From: Octopus vulgaris
Lineage: Eukaryota
Assembly: GCA_951406725.2 (NCBI GenBank)
Contig: OX597815.1
Location: 95,542,001-95,606,000, forward strand
Reading direction: 5' to 3'
DNA length: 64,000 nt
The stretch's first letter is position 1; each line of letters begins with the position of its first letter. The translations under genes were made by a program, and so were the position numbers. Shown here one piece after another: positions 28,688 through 41,700 of this stretch. Under the pieces are notes generated by a model. The model was not told the origin of the DNA and made no database searches. It saw nothing but the letters and a program-made list of their open reading frames with translations.

Positions 28688-29079
28688 CATACACGCACAC
28701 ATACACACACACACACGCATTTCGTTTTAGTATCTGTTTTGCAAAATTCTTTATATCATTTCGAGTGTTGAAACAATTTTTTTGTGTCTGCTGAGAGTCT
28801 TCAGGCCTCATTATCTAACACACTCACCGGCTCGATTTTCACCCATTTATTTTTTATATTATTTCTTTTTCTTCCAAAATTTTCGTTGCTGACTCTGTCC
28901 GTTATTGGAATTGCGTTACTTTGGTCTGATTGTGCGTATGCGAGTGCGTCAGCGTGATGTCTGTTCGTCTGCTTGTGTATGCATACATGTATGTGTGTGT
29001 ATGTGTGTGTGAGTCTGTGTGTGTGTGCATCCATATATGTATGTATGCTTGTGTGTACGTATGTATGTATGTATGTAGT

Positions 29080-29278
29080 GAATCCAAACATGAACAAGCA
29101 AGAAAAACAATAACGCGAGGACGTGAAATAAATACAGTGTTATTGGACGCTCAGGAAAGTAGAGAAAAGAAAAGGAATTTCATGTTTCGAACGGAGCTCT
29201 TCATCAGAAATATAGAAAAAGTACAAAGACGGGAAGAAGGAGAAAGAAAATCGCCAACGATACACAAGCGGTCACATT
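29080..29278 (-). repeat. Interspersed repeat with minimal hammerhead-like motif (PLE pLTR-like)
   Basis: Minus CTGATGA-a-gagc-tcc-gttc-GAAAC at 29184-29207. Collinear with 47195-47320. Confidence 0.65.
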
Positions 29279-30020
29279 TTGAAACGTACGTACATATATA
29301 TGTATGTATCATTTAAAGCATAACCATCTTGAAATATAACTATATCAGTTTCGACATACGATTTCCCATCGCACAGAAACAAACACATATACACACACAC
29401 GAACACACACACGACACACAGATACACACACAGATACACACGTAAATATATATATATAGATATATATATATATATAGGGATAAAATATGAAAAATCAACG
29501 AAAATACATACATATAAAGTGGTTTTGAATTCTGATGCAAAGCATGTTAATTCTCGTCAGTGGCTGTTACTGCGCTTAGGATTAAGTTCAACTCGCCTCG
29601 TCAACCATTGAAAACATGTGATGCTTCCAAAAACGGGAGAAGTGTAAACTATAAATATTTATGGGTGGTTTATTAGCAATTCAAGTAAGTACCTAAGAGC
29701 AAATTTATTGACATCACTATAGTGACAGACGGTGCAAAGAGGTACCAACTTTTCTAGAAATAACAGTGAAAACAACTCATTAGCTACAAAAGCCCTATTT
29801 TAGTAAGTTGAAATCAACATATATTTTCAACGGTTTGCCTTATAAGTTGACGAGGCGAGTTGAAATTTTTTTAAAGAATGTATGATGTATGTGACATCTA
29901 TCGCCATTCCACAGAAAACCACAATACAAAAAGCAGCATCGCATTAATATACCATCTAGCTTCTCACCCAGAGTGGATCTGCAGAGATGCCAGCGAGCTG
30001 AGTTTAACCCTAGGCGCAGT

Positions 30021-30080
30021 AGGAGCCACTGACGAGAATTAAGATGCTCTGCATCACAATTCGAAATCGCGTGATTAGCC
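30021..30080 (+). ncRNA. Hammerhead-like motif (core and stems II/III good, stem I decayed)
   Basis: CTGACGA-gaatt-aa-gatgc-tct-gcatc-ac-aattc-GAAA-tcgcgtgat. An inverted sister copy lies at 29521-29586. Confidence 0.55.
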
Positions 30081-30703
30081 ATATCTGCGACTGTAGTGAG
30101 CTTTGTCTCCCTCGTCAACTTACCAAGATAGTGGTTTTGTTGCTAATGAGTCGTTTCGACTTTAATTTCAAGCAATTATGGCATCACTTTGTACCCTCTG
30201 TGACTTTACTGACGAGTATATATATGTACATACATACACACACACGCACACACACGCACACACACACACACACACACACGCATACACACACCCACATATA
30301 TATAGTTGACATTTACAGTAAAGCAAAAGACGAAGACAGGTGTATAAATAACAAGGAAATGTATTTATTTGACGGTCGAGAAAGTGAGAAAATCTTCTAC
30401 GTTTCGCGCCTACGCCCTTCAGCAGAAAGGAACACGAGGAAATAAAAAGAAAGAGAATAAAATAAAAACTTTTGGTGTTAGCGGTCAATCATATGTAAGT
30501 GTCTGTGTGTGTGTGTTTATCTGAGTGTGAATGTGTGCATGCATATATATACTACATGGTTCAGTTTCATTGCGGGGCATCTTGTTTAAGCGTTTGCCTG
30601 TGACTTTGTAGGCATATTTGATAAACGGAAACTGAGAGAAACCAGTCGTATATATATATATCTATATATATATATATCTATATCTATATATATATATATA
30701 TAT

Positions 30704-30747
<44 letters not shown>

Positions 30748-31654
30748 ATGTATACGTATTACATATTTAATAATGTTTCCGAAATACCATGTTTTAAGTT
30801 TCCTACACACAAGTAAAGTACAATCACACAGACAAACACAGACGCGCGCACACGAGCACATATATTTCCTTATTATTTTCTGAAACATGCAACATTTCTT
30901 TAGGAATTTTTTTTTATGATACATTATGCAGGGTGTACATTATGTACATATATCGATAAAATTTAGAGAAACGAATTCTTTTAGGGATTAACGGATCATT
31001 TCCCCGCTCCTGCTTTTGTAATCATGAATTTCCGTAACGAAAAGAAATCTACTTATTTTTTTCATATTTTCCTTTCAAACTACTACATTAAAATATATGT
31101 ACGAACACAAAAAATATTTTATGAAAATGTCATTAAAGTATCCTTTTTAAGAAGGGTTATGTGAAACCAAATTCGTGAATAGTGAATGGTTCCCATCTCC
31201 ATCTTCAAAACCTTTACATAAAAACTTTCTTCAAGATAATGGTAATCGATTCTTTCGAAGTATCTCTACAAAATATTATGTGCACTTTTCCGAAACTTCT
31301 CAATAAATCCGAAGAGGCGCAAACCTGAACTTATGATAATGTTTCATAGTGGCAACAAACATTATCACACATATGAATTACTCTAATTTATCGTTAAATA
31401 AAAAAATGGGCAAATTTTTAAAGAATTCTATCAACGAAATTTCCATTACTGGGAGAACTATTTTCTATATTTAAGTCTTACATCATTTTCTATAACCTGG
31501 CTATTCTAATTCTTCTCCCTCCTCCTCCTTTTTTACTACCACCTCCTCCACCACAACCCACTCCACCAGCTCCACGTCCACCACCTCCTCCTCCTCCTCC
31601 TACCCTCCTACCACGACGACCACCACGACTACCACCACTTCTAAGACTCATGGT

Positions 31655-31812
31655 TTCGAATTTTGGCTCGTGGTTATCAATTTGAGTGGGCAGTATTCAG
31701 TCAGTATTATCGATCCCAGAGTTCAAATGGTGCTTATTTCATCGACACCGAAAAAGATGCACGGCAAAGATGATCTTGGCGAAATTGGAAAGCGAAATGT
31801 AAATAGACGGAG
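31655..31812 (-). mobile_element. SINE family A variant (strongly decayed)
   Basis: gtttcgaattttggc..ttatttcatcgacaccgaaaaagatg..ggcgaaattggaa is similar to the other copies. Confidence 0.6.
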
Positions 31813-32039
31813 TAGTGGTGGTGGCAGTAGTAGTAGTTATTAAAGCTGCAGCAGAAACTGCAGTAGTAGTAGTAGTAGTAGCAGCAGCAGTAGTAGTGGT
31901 AGTGGTAGTAGTAGTAGTAGTTGTAGTAGTAGTAGTAATATTATCATTACTGGTGTGCCATTGATGTACAATTTCCATTCGCGTATTCTTATTAGGAGAG
32001 TATAAATCTAAGGCGTATTTGCACATAAAACTAGATGAC

Positions 32040-32082
<43 letters not shown>

Positions 32083-32331
32083 GGTATATAAGTATAAGTC
32101 AGATGTGTTAAAAATCTCTAAGCGATGGTTAAATGCAAAGGCGCTCCTGGTGATTACCTGCGTAGGTAAGTTCTTGGTAAAAAGTATACGGTAGCACGTA
32201 ACTCAGCGGGTAAACCTTAGTTTAAATTAAATGCAAGAAGAAAATGGAAGAAAAATAACAGCAAGAAGTTGGTCGCTTGCGCTAGTAAGCCATTAATTTA
32301 ATTAATTAATAAAGAAAAGTGGTTGTAATAG

Positions 32332-32387
32332 TACATTTACGATAGTTTCTGTTTTCCAGTTATAGTGGAAGAAATCATCAGAATGCA
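32332..32387 (-). ncRNA. Type I minimal hammerhead ribozyme motif
   Basis: Minus strand tgcatt-CTGATGA-tttcttcca-ctataac-tggaaaaca-GAAAC-tatc-GTA-aatgta. Stem I is 6 bp; stem II has two mismatches. Confidence 0.62.
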
Positions 32388-34039
32388 GAGTCATATGTAG
32401 AGGTCAGACGAGTGAAAGACATAGGGATATATTGGTAACGAGAATAAAGATAAAGAATGGTGAGTCTTATATTATAATAGTAGGATGGAGGGACTAAAGA
32501 TCAAAATAACCGCCATCCAACATGTATTTCACATGGCTGCAGTCTAATGATTATAACAAGTAGGAGATAAAAAATAAATATATATACACATACACGCACT
32601 CACGTGTGTGTGTGTTTGCATGTGTGTATATGTGTGCGTGTGTCCATATCTATATCATATCATTCATATTGAGAGATCTTGGGATATTTTCTAATGCTCA
32701 AAAAAGATGAAATGATTCATTACAGCAACTGAAGAACATTGATCATATATTTATAAGTAGATTGTCGTCAACATGTCTCGGTATGGAAAGCAATATCGAG
32801 AACCGGGATTTTGAAAAATATAACAAAACAAAAAGAAAAGCAAAAGAAGTGCTTTATGAAGTTTAAACCCCTGGTCTAATAGAAACAAAAGATAGTATCT
32901 ACATTTTTATGGACCGATGGCAAATTTGCATCTCTCAATGACTAATTTCAAACACTATGATTCAAGTGAGTTTTTTTTTAATGTCATTGGTAGATAGGTT
33001 ACGTTCTGTTATAAGACATATATACCAGCATGCATGTCATCGATTGCAATATATTTCCTCTGGCTTAAACAAGTTTTATGCAATATCTAGATAGCAATGA
33101 ATCATTATCAGTGCAATGGAAAATAAGTTTTATGCAGACTTATTCCCAAAAAATGTGCGAAATGTAACTGATGTAGCTTAAGCAAATTGCATTCAAGGAT
33201 TTTGCATGGTTGTAGTGAGTGAACTGTAGAGGTCATCGCTTTCCTATGTTATAATACATGAAAATATTTTTGACGCAGTAACAATTAAAAAATGCTTTAA
33301 AAAAAACTAATTGAAGGGTTCATGAGTTTTCTATTTTAGAGTAAAGTACAATTTTTGTGGTGTTTATGCTGATGAAAGTTATTCGACTATGCTATGTCGA
33401 GCTGGGATCGATTCTCATCGCTATTAGCATAATACACAATATTCTAATGGCCTGGTTCCGAATTTAGAAACTAGGTAGTGCTGTATTTGAGCAATCCTAA
33501 CAGAAAACTCTGAATATTTCAATACACACACACACACGCATACACACACATATATATATATATATATACAAAACTCAAAAATATTTTCGTTAGTAAACGA
33601 TATAATGGTTGTATACTAGATGCAATATCGCTTACCTCCGATTTTGAGTAATGGTTGTAAAGCTGTATATATATGGCTGTATGCATACATACATACACAC
33701 ATACATACATATATACATAAACACACATACACATTCACTCAAACATAACATATATATACTTAAATACAACCTCGTACATACAACCCCTCACACACATGCA
33801 TGTTAATGTTTGTTATTTTTTTTTTCAGTTATAATTAAAAAAAAATTTCCATACATTTGTAGAGTGCGAATTTCTTATCCTCATAAAGTATATCATTGTG
33901 ATGAGGACAATAATTTTCGGCCAGTTAAAACATCTGCAGACTGCGATTCATTAAAGTTAATCATAGCTTTATATAGTCTCTGTTGTATGGATATGAGTTT
34001 AGTGATAATTACAACCACGAAATATTTTCTCAACTTGAA

Positions 34040-34460
34040 AACCTAAACCACACACATAACAATATCAAATGTAGAACAACATTATCCTGTCATATACAAA
34101 TAAACCCTCTCTCAATAAACATTGTATATAGGGTAACTACGAGTACGACCCTATCTACTATATCTACATATATATGATTTATAGCAAACCGGTTGAAAAT
34201 AGGATAAAGCCAACACACGCATACGTTTCGCAATTTAAATAGGGAAAATGATACGTCAATATCCAAACATATATAAGTACATTAAAATAGAGACTTCCAT
34301 TAAACAAATACTGTAGAAATTACTTATCTCCAACCAAATCCCCATAACATATTTTCTAATATACCTACACAAATCTACATACACGAACACACACGCATAC
34401 ATATATATAGCTCAAAATGTCTACTCTCATAAAATATAACGGAAAAGCTTTCTACGTACT
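34040..34460 (+). mobile_element. Penelope-like element GIY-YIG endonuclease relic
   Basis: In-frame KCRTTLSC..NIVYRV..TYI*FIANRLKIG*SQHTHTFRN..DTSISKHI* matches the PLE pattern C.C...CP..NIVY..YIG..K.R...H..SF...T.LSK.IW. Confidence 0.7.
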
Positions 34461-34539
34461 AATCAAATTGCTCATAGAATAATGAACACTAAGAGGGAAA
34501 CATACAGACCAACGAACTTTGCATCTACCCATATCCTTT

Positions 34540-35100
34540 TATGGATATCAAAGCACAAATAAAAAAGACTCTGTAGCAACAACATCATGACACGCTTTCC
34601 AACGGATAACTCCTTAGTTATCTTCCAAAACATAAAAACAATAGTAAATAAACTAAATAAGAATGACAAGTAAAGAAACTAAGCAGTTAAAACATACCAC
34701 CTGCTTACAGTCATTTGGGAAACTTTTAAAAGTTCCTTCTATAAGAAAGTTGACAGATACAGTTACTAAGTTTTTAAATGCTGGACTTTGTATCTTTGAT
34801 CTTAACAAAGTAACGGATTCAATCCAATAAAGACTAAAGTGTTTAAAATTACTGAGATATACTATACTTACCTCCATAATAAAGGTGAGTCACATAAATA
34901 TGCATATCTGCTTCCAAATTTATGCATGGATTCTAAACAATGACACAACCCGAAGTTTAATAAATAATAATTCTTTTCCAAAACACATTTCCATAACAAC
35001 CTGTCCCAAAACTTAATGATCACTGCAAATCCAAGAGCCTCAGGAAGATTGTAACTCAATAAAGACTATATAAAACCAGAATTGACTTCAATACATCGCA
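34540..35100 (+). mobile_element. Possible second, very decayed Penelope-like fragment
   Basis: Weak relics (IPPAYS..GKL, FNPIK, HK..SKF) in the order of the PLE RT-to-EN linker. Confidence 0.3.
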
Positions 35101-36079
35101 GTACAACGGTGGTTTAACTGGCCGGAACATGTTGGTCACTATCAATAATATACTTGCTTAAGAGTATGTATGTGTATGTAAACACATTTATTCGTCTGCA
35201 TGTGTACATACATAAAGTATTGGGCGTCAGCGCGTGGGTTCGGTATCACCTATAAATATGGAGACATTGCCTAACTTGAAAGGAGATTCCAGAACGGAAT
35301 TATTCCCTGAACTGATTCCACCGAGAGCATCCAAAGAGAAATAATATGTCTCATTCGTGAATTTGACCTGCATAAAATGTCGTCGCTGCGATCAACGATA
35401 TACTGAGCTATGCTTGGTGAGATTTGTAACAGCGACAGTCAATACAAACCTGTCAGAGTATATCTGTGTCTGGGAATATCTTTCGGTGCATTGATACTCG
35501 GAATTGCATTGATAATATCGATTTATTCGATATATGAATAAGACAGAATATCGATTGTACAACATATATGAATACCACTACTAATATAACATACCTCCTT
35601 AACATTTGCTGTTTTCGTACTAGAGTTAATATTAATTGCATCCTGCTACACTTCAGATGATAATTTAAATAAACCTGGCATCAAACTCTCGGTATCTTAC
35701 GAAATAATTGATACAAACTAATGTTTGCTCTTTGCAGTATGTTTAACAATTATGTAATTTAATACCTAAGAAAAGATATATATTTTTTCTCAAGTTATTA
35801 TTTGTAAGTCAATCTTCTTTTCTAAAATTTGTGTTAATAACGAAGACTATAAGCATTTCAGGGAGGGACAACATCTTCAGTATCACGCTAGAAATAGCAG
35901 CAAATACCCTTCTGGATTTAAATTACTAACGCGATTATAGGAAATATTCTGGGTTATATTATTTCGTAGAAACTACATATCAGGAAAATGCAAAATGATA
36001 TGCTAGCAATTTTTTCAAAGTAAGTCTGTTCTGGAGATGAGTAACAGAAACGAAATCACAAGTATAAGGTAAGCAACGT

Positions 36080-36143
<64 letters not shown>

Positions 36144-36254
36144 GTATTATATTCTTTTATATCATATAACATATGATATATTCACGTTCAACCGTGTTGT
36201 CTTGCTAAAAGGAGATTCCTCACTTTCCGTCTGTCAAATTTCAGTCAACACGTG

Positions 36255-36672
36255 TCGTGGCTGTGGAGTACGAAGGTTGTTTCTCAACCACATGTTTCCG
36301 GATTCAGTCCCATTGTTTGACACCTTAGGCAAGTGTCTTTTACTATAGCCTCGGGTCGACCAAAACCTTGTGAGTGGATTTGGTAGATGGAAACTAAAAG
36401 TAGCCCGTCGTATATAAATTTATGTGTGTCTGTATATGTGTGCATGTGTTTGTAGCTGCGTTTGCCCCTCCACCATCGCTTGACAACCGGTGTGTGTGCG
36501 TTTACGTCCCCGTAATGTAACTGTTTGATGAAATAGACCAATAAAATAAGTACTAATATTTAACAAAATAAGTACTGGAGTCGATTTGTACGACTAAAAC
36601 CCTTCAAGCTGGTGCTCCAGCATGTTCGCAGTTAAATGACTGAAACAAGTAAAAGAGTAAATGTATAAAAGA
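36255..36672 (+). mobile_element. tRNA-derived SINE family B, full length
   Basis: tggctgtgg..ggattcagtccc..accttaggcaagtgtc..cttgtgagtggatttggtag, an internal (GT)n tract, and tail gactgaaacaagtaaaaga. Collinear with 62441-62850. Confidence 0.88.
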
Positions 36673-36799
36673 ATATATTGGTTAAAAGCTGTCATATAAA
36701 GCAGCTGATAATGTTACTTAGATGTATTTGAACGTACGAAAAAGACGAAAGTGACTGGTTTTTCCCTTCATTAAATACGTAAGAGAAATTACATGTCCC

Positions 36800-37690
36800 G
36801 CATTTAATGGTATGGAGGTTAAGTATTCCGGAATGCCTGGTAGGGAAATGTAAATAAAATGAATACAAGTATAATCACTTCATTATATTGACGGTTTGAA
36901 TAGATGCTCCATTTCTCTATCAATTATTGGCTATATATGTTTGAACCATTGAAATTCCGGGTTTTCAGAGCTGCTAGATTCTGTATGGATGTTAATTTTT
37001 TCTAATCGTTTTCTTTATCCAGACGTATAAATAGAGAGATACAAATTTCTGTGGATTGACATGTATAATGGTCTGAGTATACTGTGCGCATCTGGATTTA
37101 AATATTTGTTTCTTTTATATACATATTCTTCATAACATAATGGGGTTGTTATATGTTATCTGTATACAAAATCATTTATCTTAAAGCGAACAGGACTTAG
37201 TTGTTGCAAATGATTTCATACATTTGGTCTAGTTATTTCAACTTTTATGATCGAGTTTGTGGTTGGATAATTCACGTAGGATATTCATTAAGGAGTGGTA
37301 GCTAAACTTATCATCTTGCTTAAACAGACGCTATACTATCAAGAACAGGAAATTACAGGCTATATTAGATTTTACAGTTAAGATTTAGGAGATACGCAAC
37401 CATGTGGTGTTTCATTTCTTTATTTTGTTATGGAGCATTTTCAGCTCCTAATAATTATCCTTATACACGCCTCCTATCAATGCTTCGTTATAGTAGATTC
37501 TTGCTGGGTTTGATATTTTGTGGCGTGCGGGATTGTGGTAGTAGATATTTAATTTATATGTAATATATCTTTAATTAGTTTTATATACTCTTTTGTTTTC
37601 CAGTCATTAAGTGTAATGTAATAATGAATAAGATATGCCTGTGTTGATGGATATTCTTAAATTACACTCCTTAAATTTGCTTCTTAGAAA
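36800..37690 (-). mobile_element. Penelope-like element relic (RT thumb, linker, GIY-YIG)
   Basis: Minus-strand relics in the expected order: YNEAL..YKD, TVKSNIA, FLFLI, ISY..P..SII, KWSI. Compare the PLE pattern YN.AL..GY, VKTNIG, FL.LI.KHF, ISYSC.PN..SII, I.WSI. Confidence 0.6.
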
Positions 37691-38809
37691 CACCTCATGC
37701 TATGGTCATTCATGTTCATGGAATATTGTTAATCGTTTCTGTATCATATGTCAATCCTAAAATGAAGTGATTATGAAACAAAGCCAATTTCGTGACCTTC
37801 GTAATAATTGTGGTATATATAGTAATCTGCATTACAATGTTGACAAACATGTCTGTAATACCTACAGATTTTATTGAGTTTGATCTGGATGAGAATGAAC
37901 TTCCAACCTGATCGGGAAAATTCCAATACCCCGAATTGGTGAGCATGCAAGGCATCCTTTTCAAGAGACTGTTATTAGAATTCTTAATGGTAGTCTGGTG
38001 TTATTCCATTCAGAAACATACGTAACGTTACAAATTGATGAACTGAGAATTTCTTATCTCTTGCCTGACATTTAGTAAACGGGAGTCCGTTGTGACCTTG
38101 TGCGTGTGTGTATTGAGGGATCGTGTGTGTGTATGTGTGTGTTTATGTGTGTGCGTGTGTCTGCACCCAATATATATTGTAAGCAGGAGAACAAACGACA
38201 AACACGATACTAACTTCGGTTTCTTCGAAACAGCCATGTTGAATTGGTGATAAACATTACTTCTCAGTATAGTTACTACTTTCATCACTTATAGCGATCT
38301 TCTAAGTAACTACTTTGCTTGTTACAAATGCAGTGACCGGTTGTCACTCATCAATATCTATAAATCTGAAATGCAAAAAGATTGGTTGTCTGGTTTTAGC
38401 ATTGGATCGGGTTAAAGGGCACTAGATCCCGTCAGATTGACTCCAAAATTTAGAGGGACATGTAAAATGAGTTGTGGATGTGAGTGGGCTAGATTAGAAT
38501 GTCGTTACTAGGGCAAAAAACGTACACTTTGTCAAGTATCCTCTCATTCTCTTATCTGCGTGTCTGCCTCCGTCTCTCTCTGTTTCCTCCCTTCCCATCA
38601 CTTTCTCTCTATAACGACGTTTGACAGATACTACTATCTTTCCCTCCGCTGCCTTCGCCAGCGCTGTCCCTCTTTCCCCCACCGCCTCCCCCTCTCTCAG
38701 TGTATGTCTGTCTGCATTCATAGAGAGTTTTATTATCGCCACAACCACCAAACAATCATGAGAACAAATATTATGAATCAGATATTTATTGGGTTAATTT
38801 ATATGTGTT

Positions 38810-38840
<31 letters not shown>

Positions 38841-38856
38841 GTATGTATATATATAT

Positions 38857-39421
38857 AAGCAATTAAGATTCAAGTAAATTCCAATGAATTTACTTGAATA
38901 GTAAATAGCAGTTTTGCACGGAGAGCAGTAATATGGCAAATTACCTTAAATTCTACGCCAGCCTTTAATCTACCACTACGTTGCTGTCCGTCGTTAAGAA
39001 ATGCCAGCCATGGTCACTCTACTATTCTCAGATTCTATCCTTTCAAAGTTTGGTTTCCAATATTTTCTTTTATTTTTATTCAGCTCGCAAGTTCGTCTGT
39101 CCTTTTTAAATGTTAGTGTTTTGCTGTCTGCCTTGAAGCAGACATTTCCGTTGTTACTGCCTGATATTTATGATTGATCTTTCAAAATATTTTCTTTGTC
39201 AACTTACTGAAGATTTTTGTTGTTTATAAACGGGGGATATATAGATAGAAAAAGAAAGCGAGGGATAGTCCGAGAGAAAGGAATAGTTAGAGAGTGGGAA
39301 AGTCAGAGAGAAAGGAGAGAGAAACAAAGAGGGAGAATGTGGTGATAAAAAACAGAAAGGAAGCAACAGAAAGTAACAACCACACTCTTACCCGCGCGTA
39401 GAGCGGGTCACTTTATGCTAG
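38857..39421 (+). mobile_element. Putative non-autonomous Helitron (3' end clear, 5' boundary uncertain)
   Basis: GC-rich hairpin acccgc-gcgtaga-gcgggt (39390-39408), a 9-nt spacer, then CTAG followed by T. A 14-bp-arm hairpin at 38868-38899 lies next to (TA)n. Confidence 0.5.
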
Positions 39422-39879
39422 TTTTTCTATATATTGCGAGCTGGAGCCGATTCCTAGCGGGCGGATGTCCACCTCTGAGAGTGAGCAAAAATACAACTAA
39501 ACCGTACGGTCTGGTGGTCTCGTCGCCTGCTAGAAAATCTGGTAGGGGTTCGCTTCCCTGTTGCCATATATATCGAGTGCAGACTCCATTGATAAGCAGC
39601 TGGAGTAGGCTATTCGTTTATGAACAAGGCATATTATTGCCTCATTCAGTTTGCTCGGAAGCTTTGAAACCGAGCTGCAGCGGTTTTGCAAGTGCTTGTT
39701 TTGATAGTCTGAGAAAGAATGCTACGAATTACATCGGAGCCAGCAGCTGAGTTTCTGTCTGCGCCATCTATTGCCAGTATTAATCATCTTCTTTGATGTT
39801 GGTGTACTCAACAGTTACTGCCTCCCTGTCTACATTTGTGGTGGTATAGAATTCTACAGGTCTGCCAACTTGCATGTGC

Positions 39880-41700
39880 CAAAAGCTGGTGTGAAGACAA
39901 TTTTTAATTGTTCATTCAGTGTTTCACTTACTCTGTTGTATTTCCTGTGAGGGAACCATCTTTTTGGAGGCGTGGCCCTACTTTGTAACACATGGAGGCA
40001 GCTAGTTGACGTATTTAAAGAAGGCTTTAGGGTTTGAATTTATATTTATTTTATAAACCAGGCTTTGGCGACTTTTCTTTCTTTTTCCTTGGGGCATTTT
40101 TAGATGTTTCTCAATTTCCAGCAGTGCTGTTTCCAGGCTTAATTTTTCACTGTTATTGAGTTCTGTATTGGAGGGGTTTATAATCATTGTACACCCTCTA
40201 ATAAGAAGTTTTCTCTTCTTGGAAATCTTGTTTTATGTGCAGTGGCCATTCTCTCTGGGACAAAGTTATAGCACACGACTTTCATTATGGACATGAATAT
40301 TTTCAGTTTCATGTCATTCTTGGGTGTAGAGTGACACTGGAGGCCAATACTATTTGGTGATCTCTTTCTCTATTGATTTCCAGTCTACTTTGTGGTAGTT
40401 CAGATTGGATACATTTTGGATGCTTCTCATAGGCTACTTGTCTGCAGATTCCTTTGGTTCATATATGGTCATCTCTATTATGCTATGGTCCGAGACTAGT
40501 GTTGGTGTGACGTTCTTATTATGTATGAGATCCATATTGCTTGTACAAAACAGGTCAAGTCTACTGTTTGTACTAGTTAGTTGGCGTATTACTTGCTACA
40601 TGTATAACTTGTTGGTGTGGTTGAGCAGGGATTCCACCTGGCTTTGCTCACATCGAGTCATTTCTGACAGGAAAAGACCCTCCTACATTGGGAAAGTTGA
40701 AGTCTCCCATGGGAGGTACACTGATGTACTGTTCTAGTTTGGTTAATACTTCTAATCTTGCAAGACAGTCTTCGCATAGGTCTGTGTAATTCGGAGCATT
40801 TGATGGGTGATAAGTAGAACATATAATTATATCAAGTTGTCTTATATGTGCAATTAGTATGTCATATACCAAATTTAAGATACAGTAAAGGATCTGGGGC
40901 GTGAGATATTCACGAATGTGCATTACAACGCCATTATAGCCCCTGTCTTTTCTGTCTCTTTGCAATACAACATGCTCTGCTATATGAATTTCTTCATCTG
41001 CGATGTCGGGTCTTAGGTGTGCTTCGGTGACTGCGATACATAGGGCTCGATTGCTTTCCCCACAAACTCTTTCGGGAAGGTAATTCTGGTTCTGTTACTG
41101 AGCTGTAACAATCTTCTGATATTTTATGAAGTATATCGGTGCCATATCTCTGCTGATGCCAGATTTTTGTTGTTTTTGTAAAATCTCAGATAATAATTAA
41201 AAATTCACATTTTTTATCAAATTATTTTGTTATATTTGTCTATCTATCCAACTGTAAACATTTTAAATATTTCACTAACTTTTTGTTATAACTTGGTAAA
41301 AGGGTACATATTTTGCCAAAAATTGCCAAATTTGTTACCACAGTCTTGGAGTCATTGTCTATGGCAGTCTTGTATGCTGATTGGGGTGGCTTAGTTGTTG
41401 CACAATCTTTTGTGCCATGAATAAAAAAGTATTATTGCTCAGCTGCAGCCCTTATGACGGATTCCGGATAGGGGTGGCTTTTAGAGGTAGTGCACAATTC
41501 ATCAACATATTTTAGTTTTGATGCAGGTCATGTGCGACTGTTTCTCCTTTGGGGTCTTCCTTTGGCTTTTGGCCCTTTGGTGGTGATGGTGGGGAGTTTT
41601 GCTTATGTTCTGATTCTGCAAGGTTTTAGGCGTAGGAAGTTGCTTTTAGCACCTTCCTTTCCATACCAGTAGTTACCACACTTCCGTACGCTTTCTAACT
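39880..41700 (-). mobile_element. CR1-like LINE relic: ORF1 remnant plus AP endonuclease and linker
   Basis: Minus strand: CIAVTEAHL (~41040), RDRKDR..GVV..YHPS..MGDFNFP (ORF 40648), SDHSII (~40490), ININSNPKAFFKYV (ORF 40002). The clade is tentative. Confidence 0.82.

Noticed and set aside
33362-33485. CTGATGA...GAAACTAGGTA hammerhead-like arrangement
   Set aside because: The intervening region is about 90 nt and stem I cannot pair; at best a dead relic.
37868-37911. Plus-strand terminal exon (DFIEFDLDENELPT*) in phase with the 17731-17848 candidate
   Set aside because: A phase match arises by chance one time in three and the segment is very short; no independent support.
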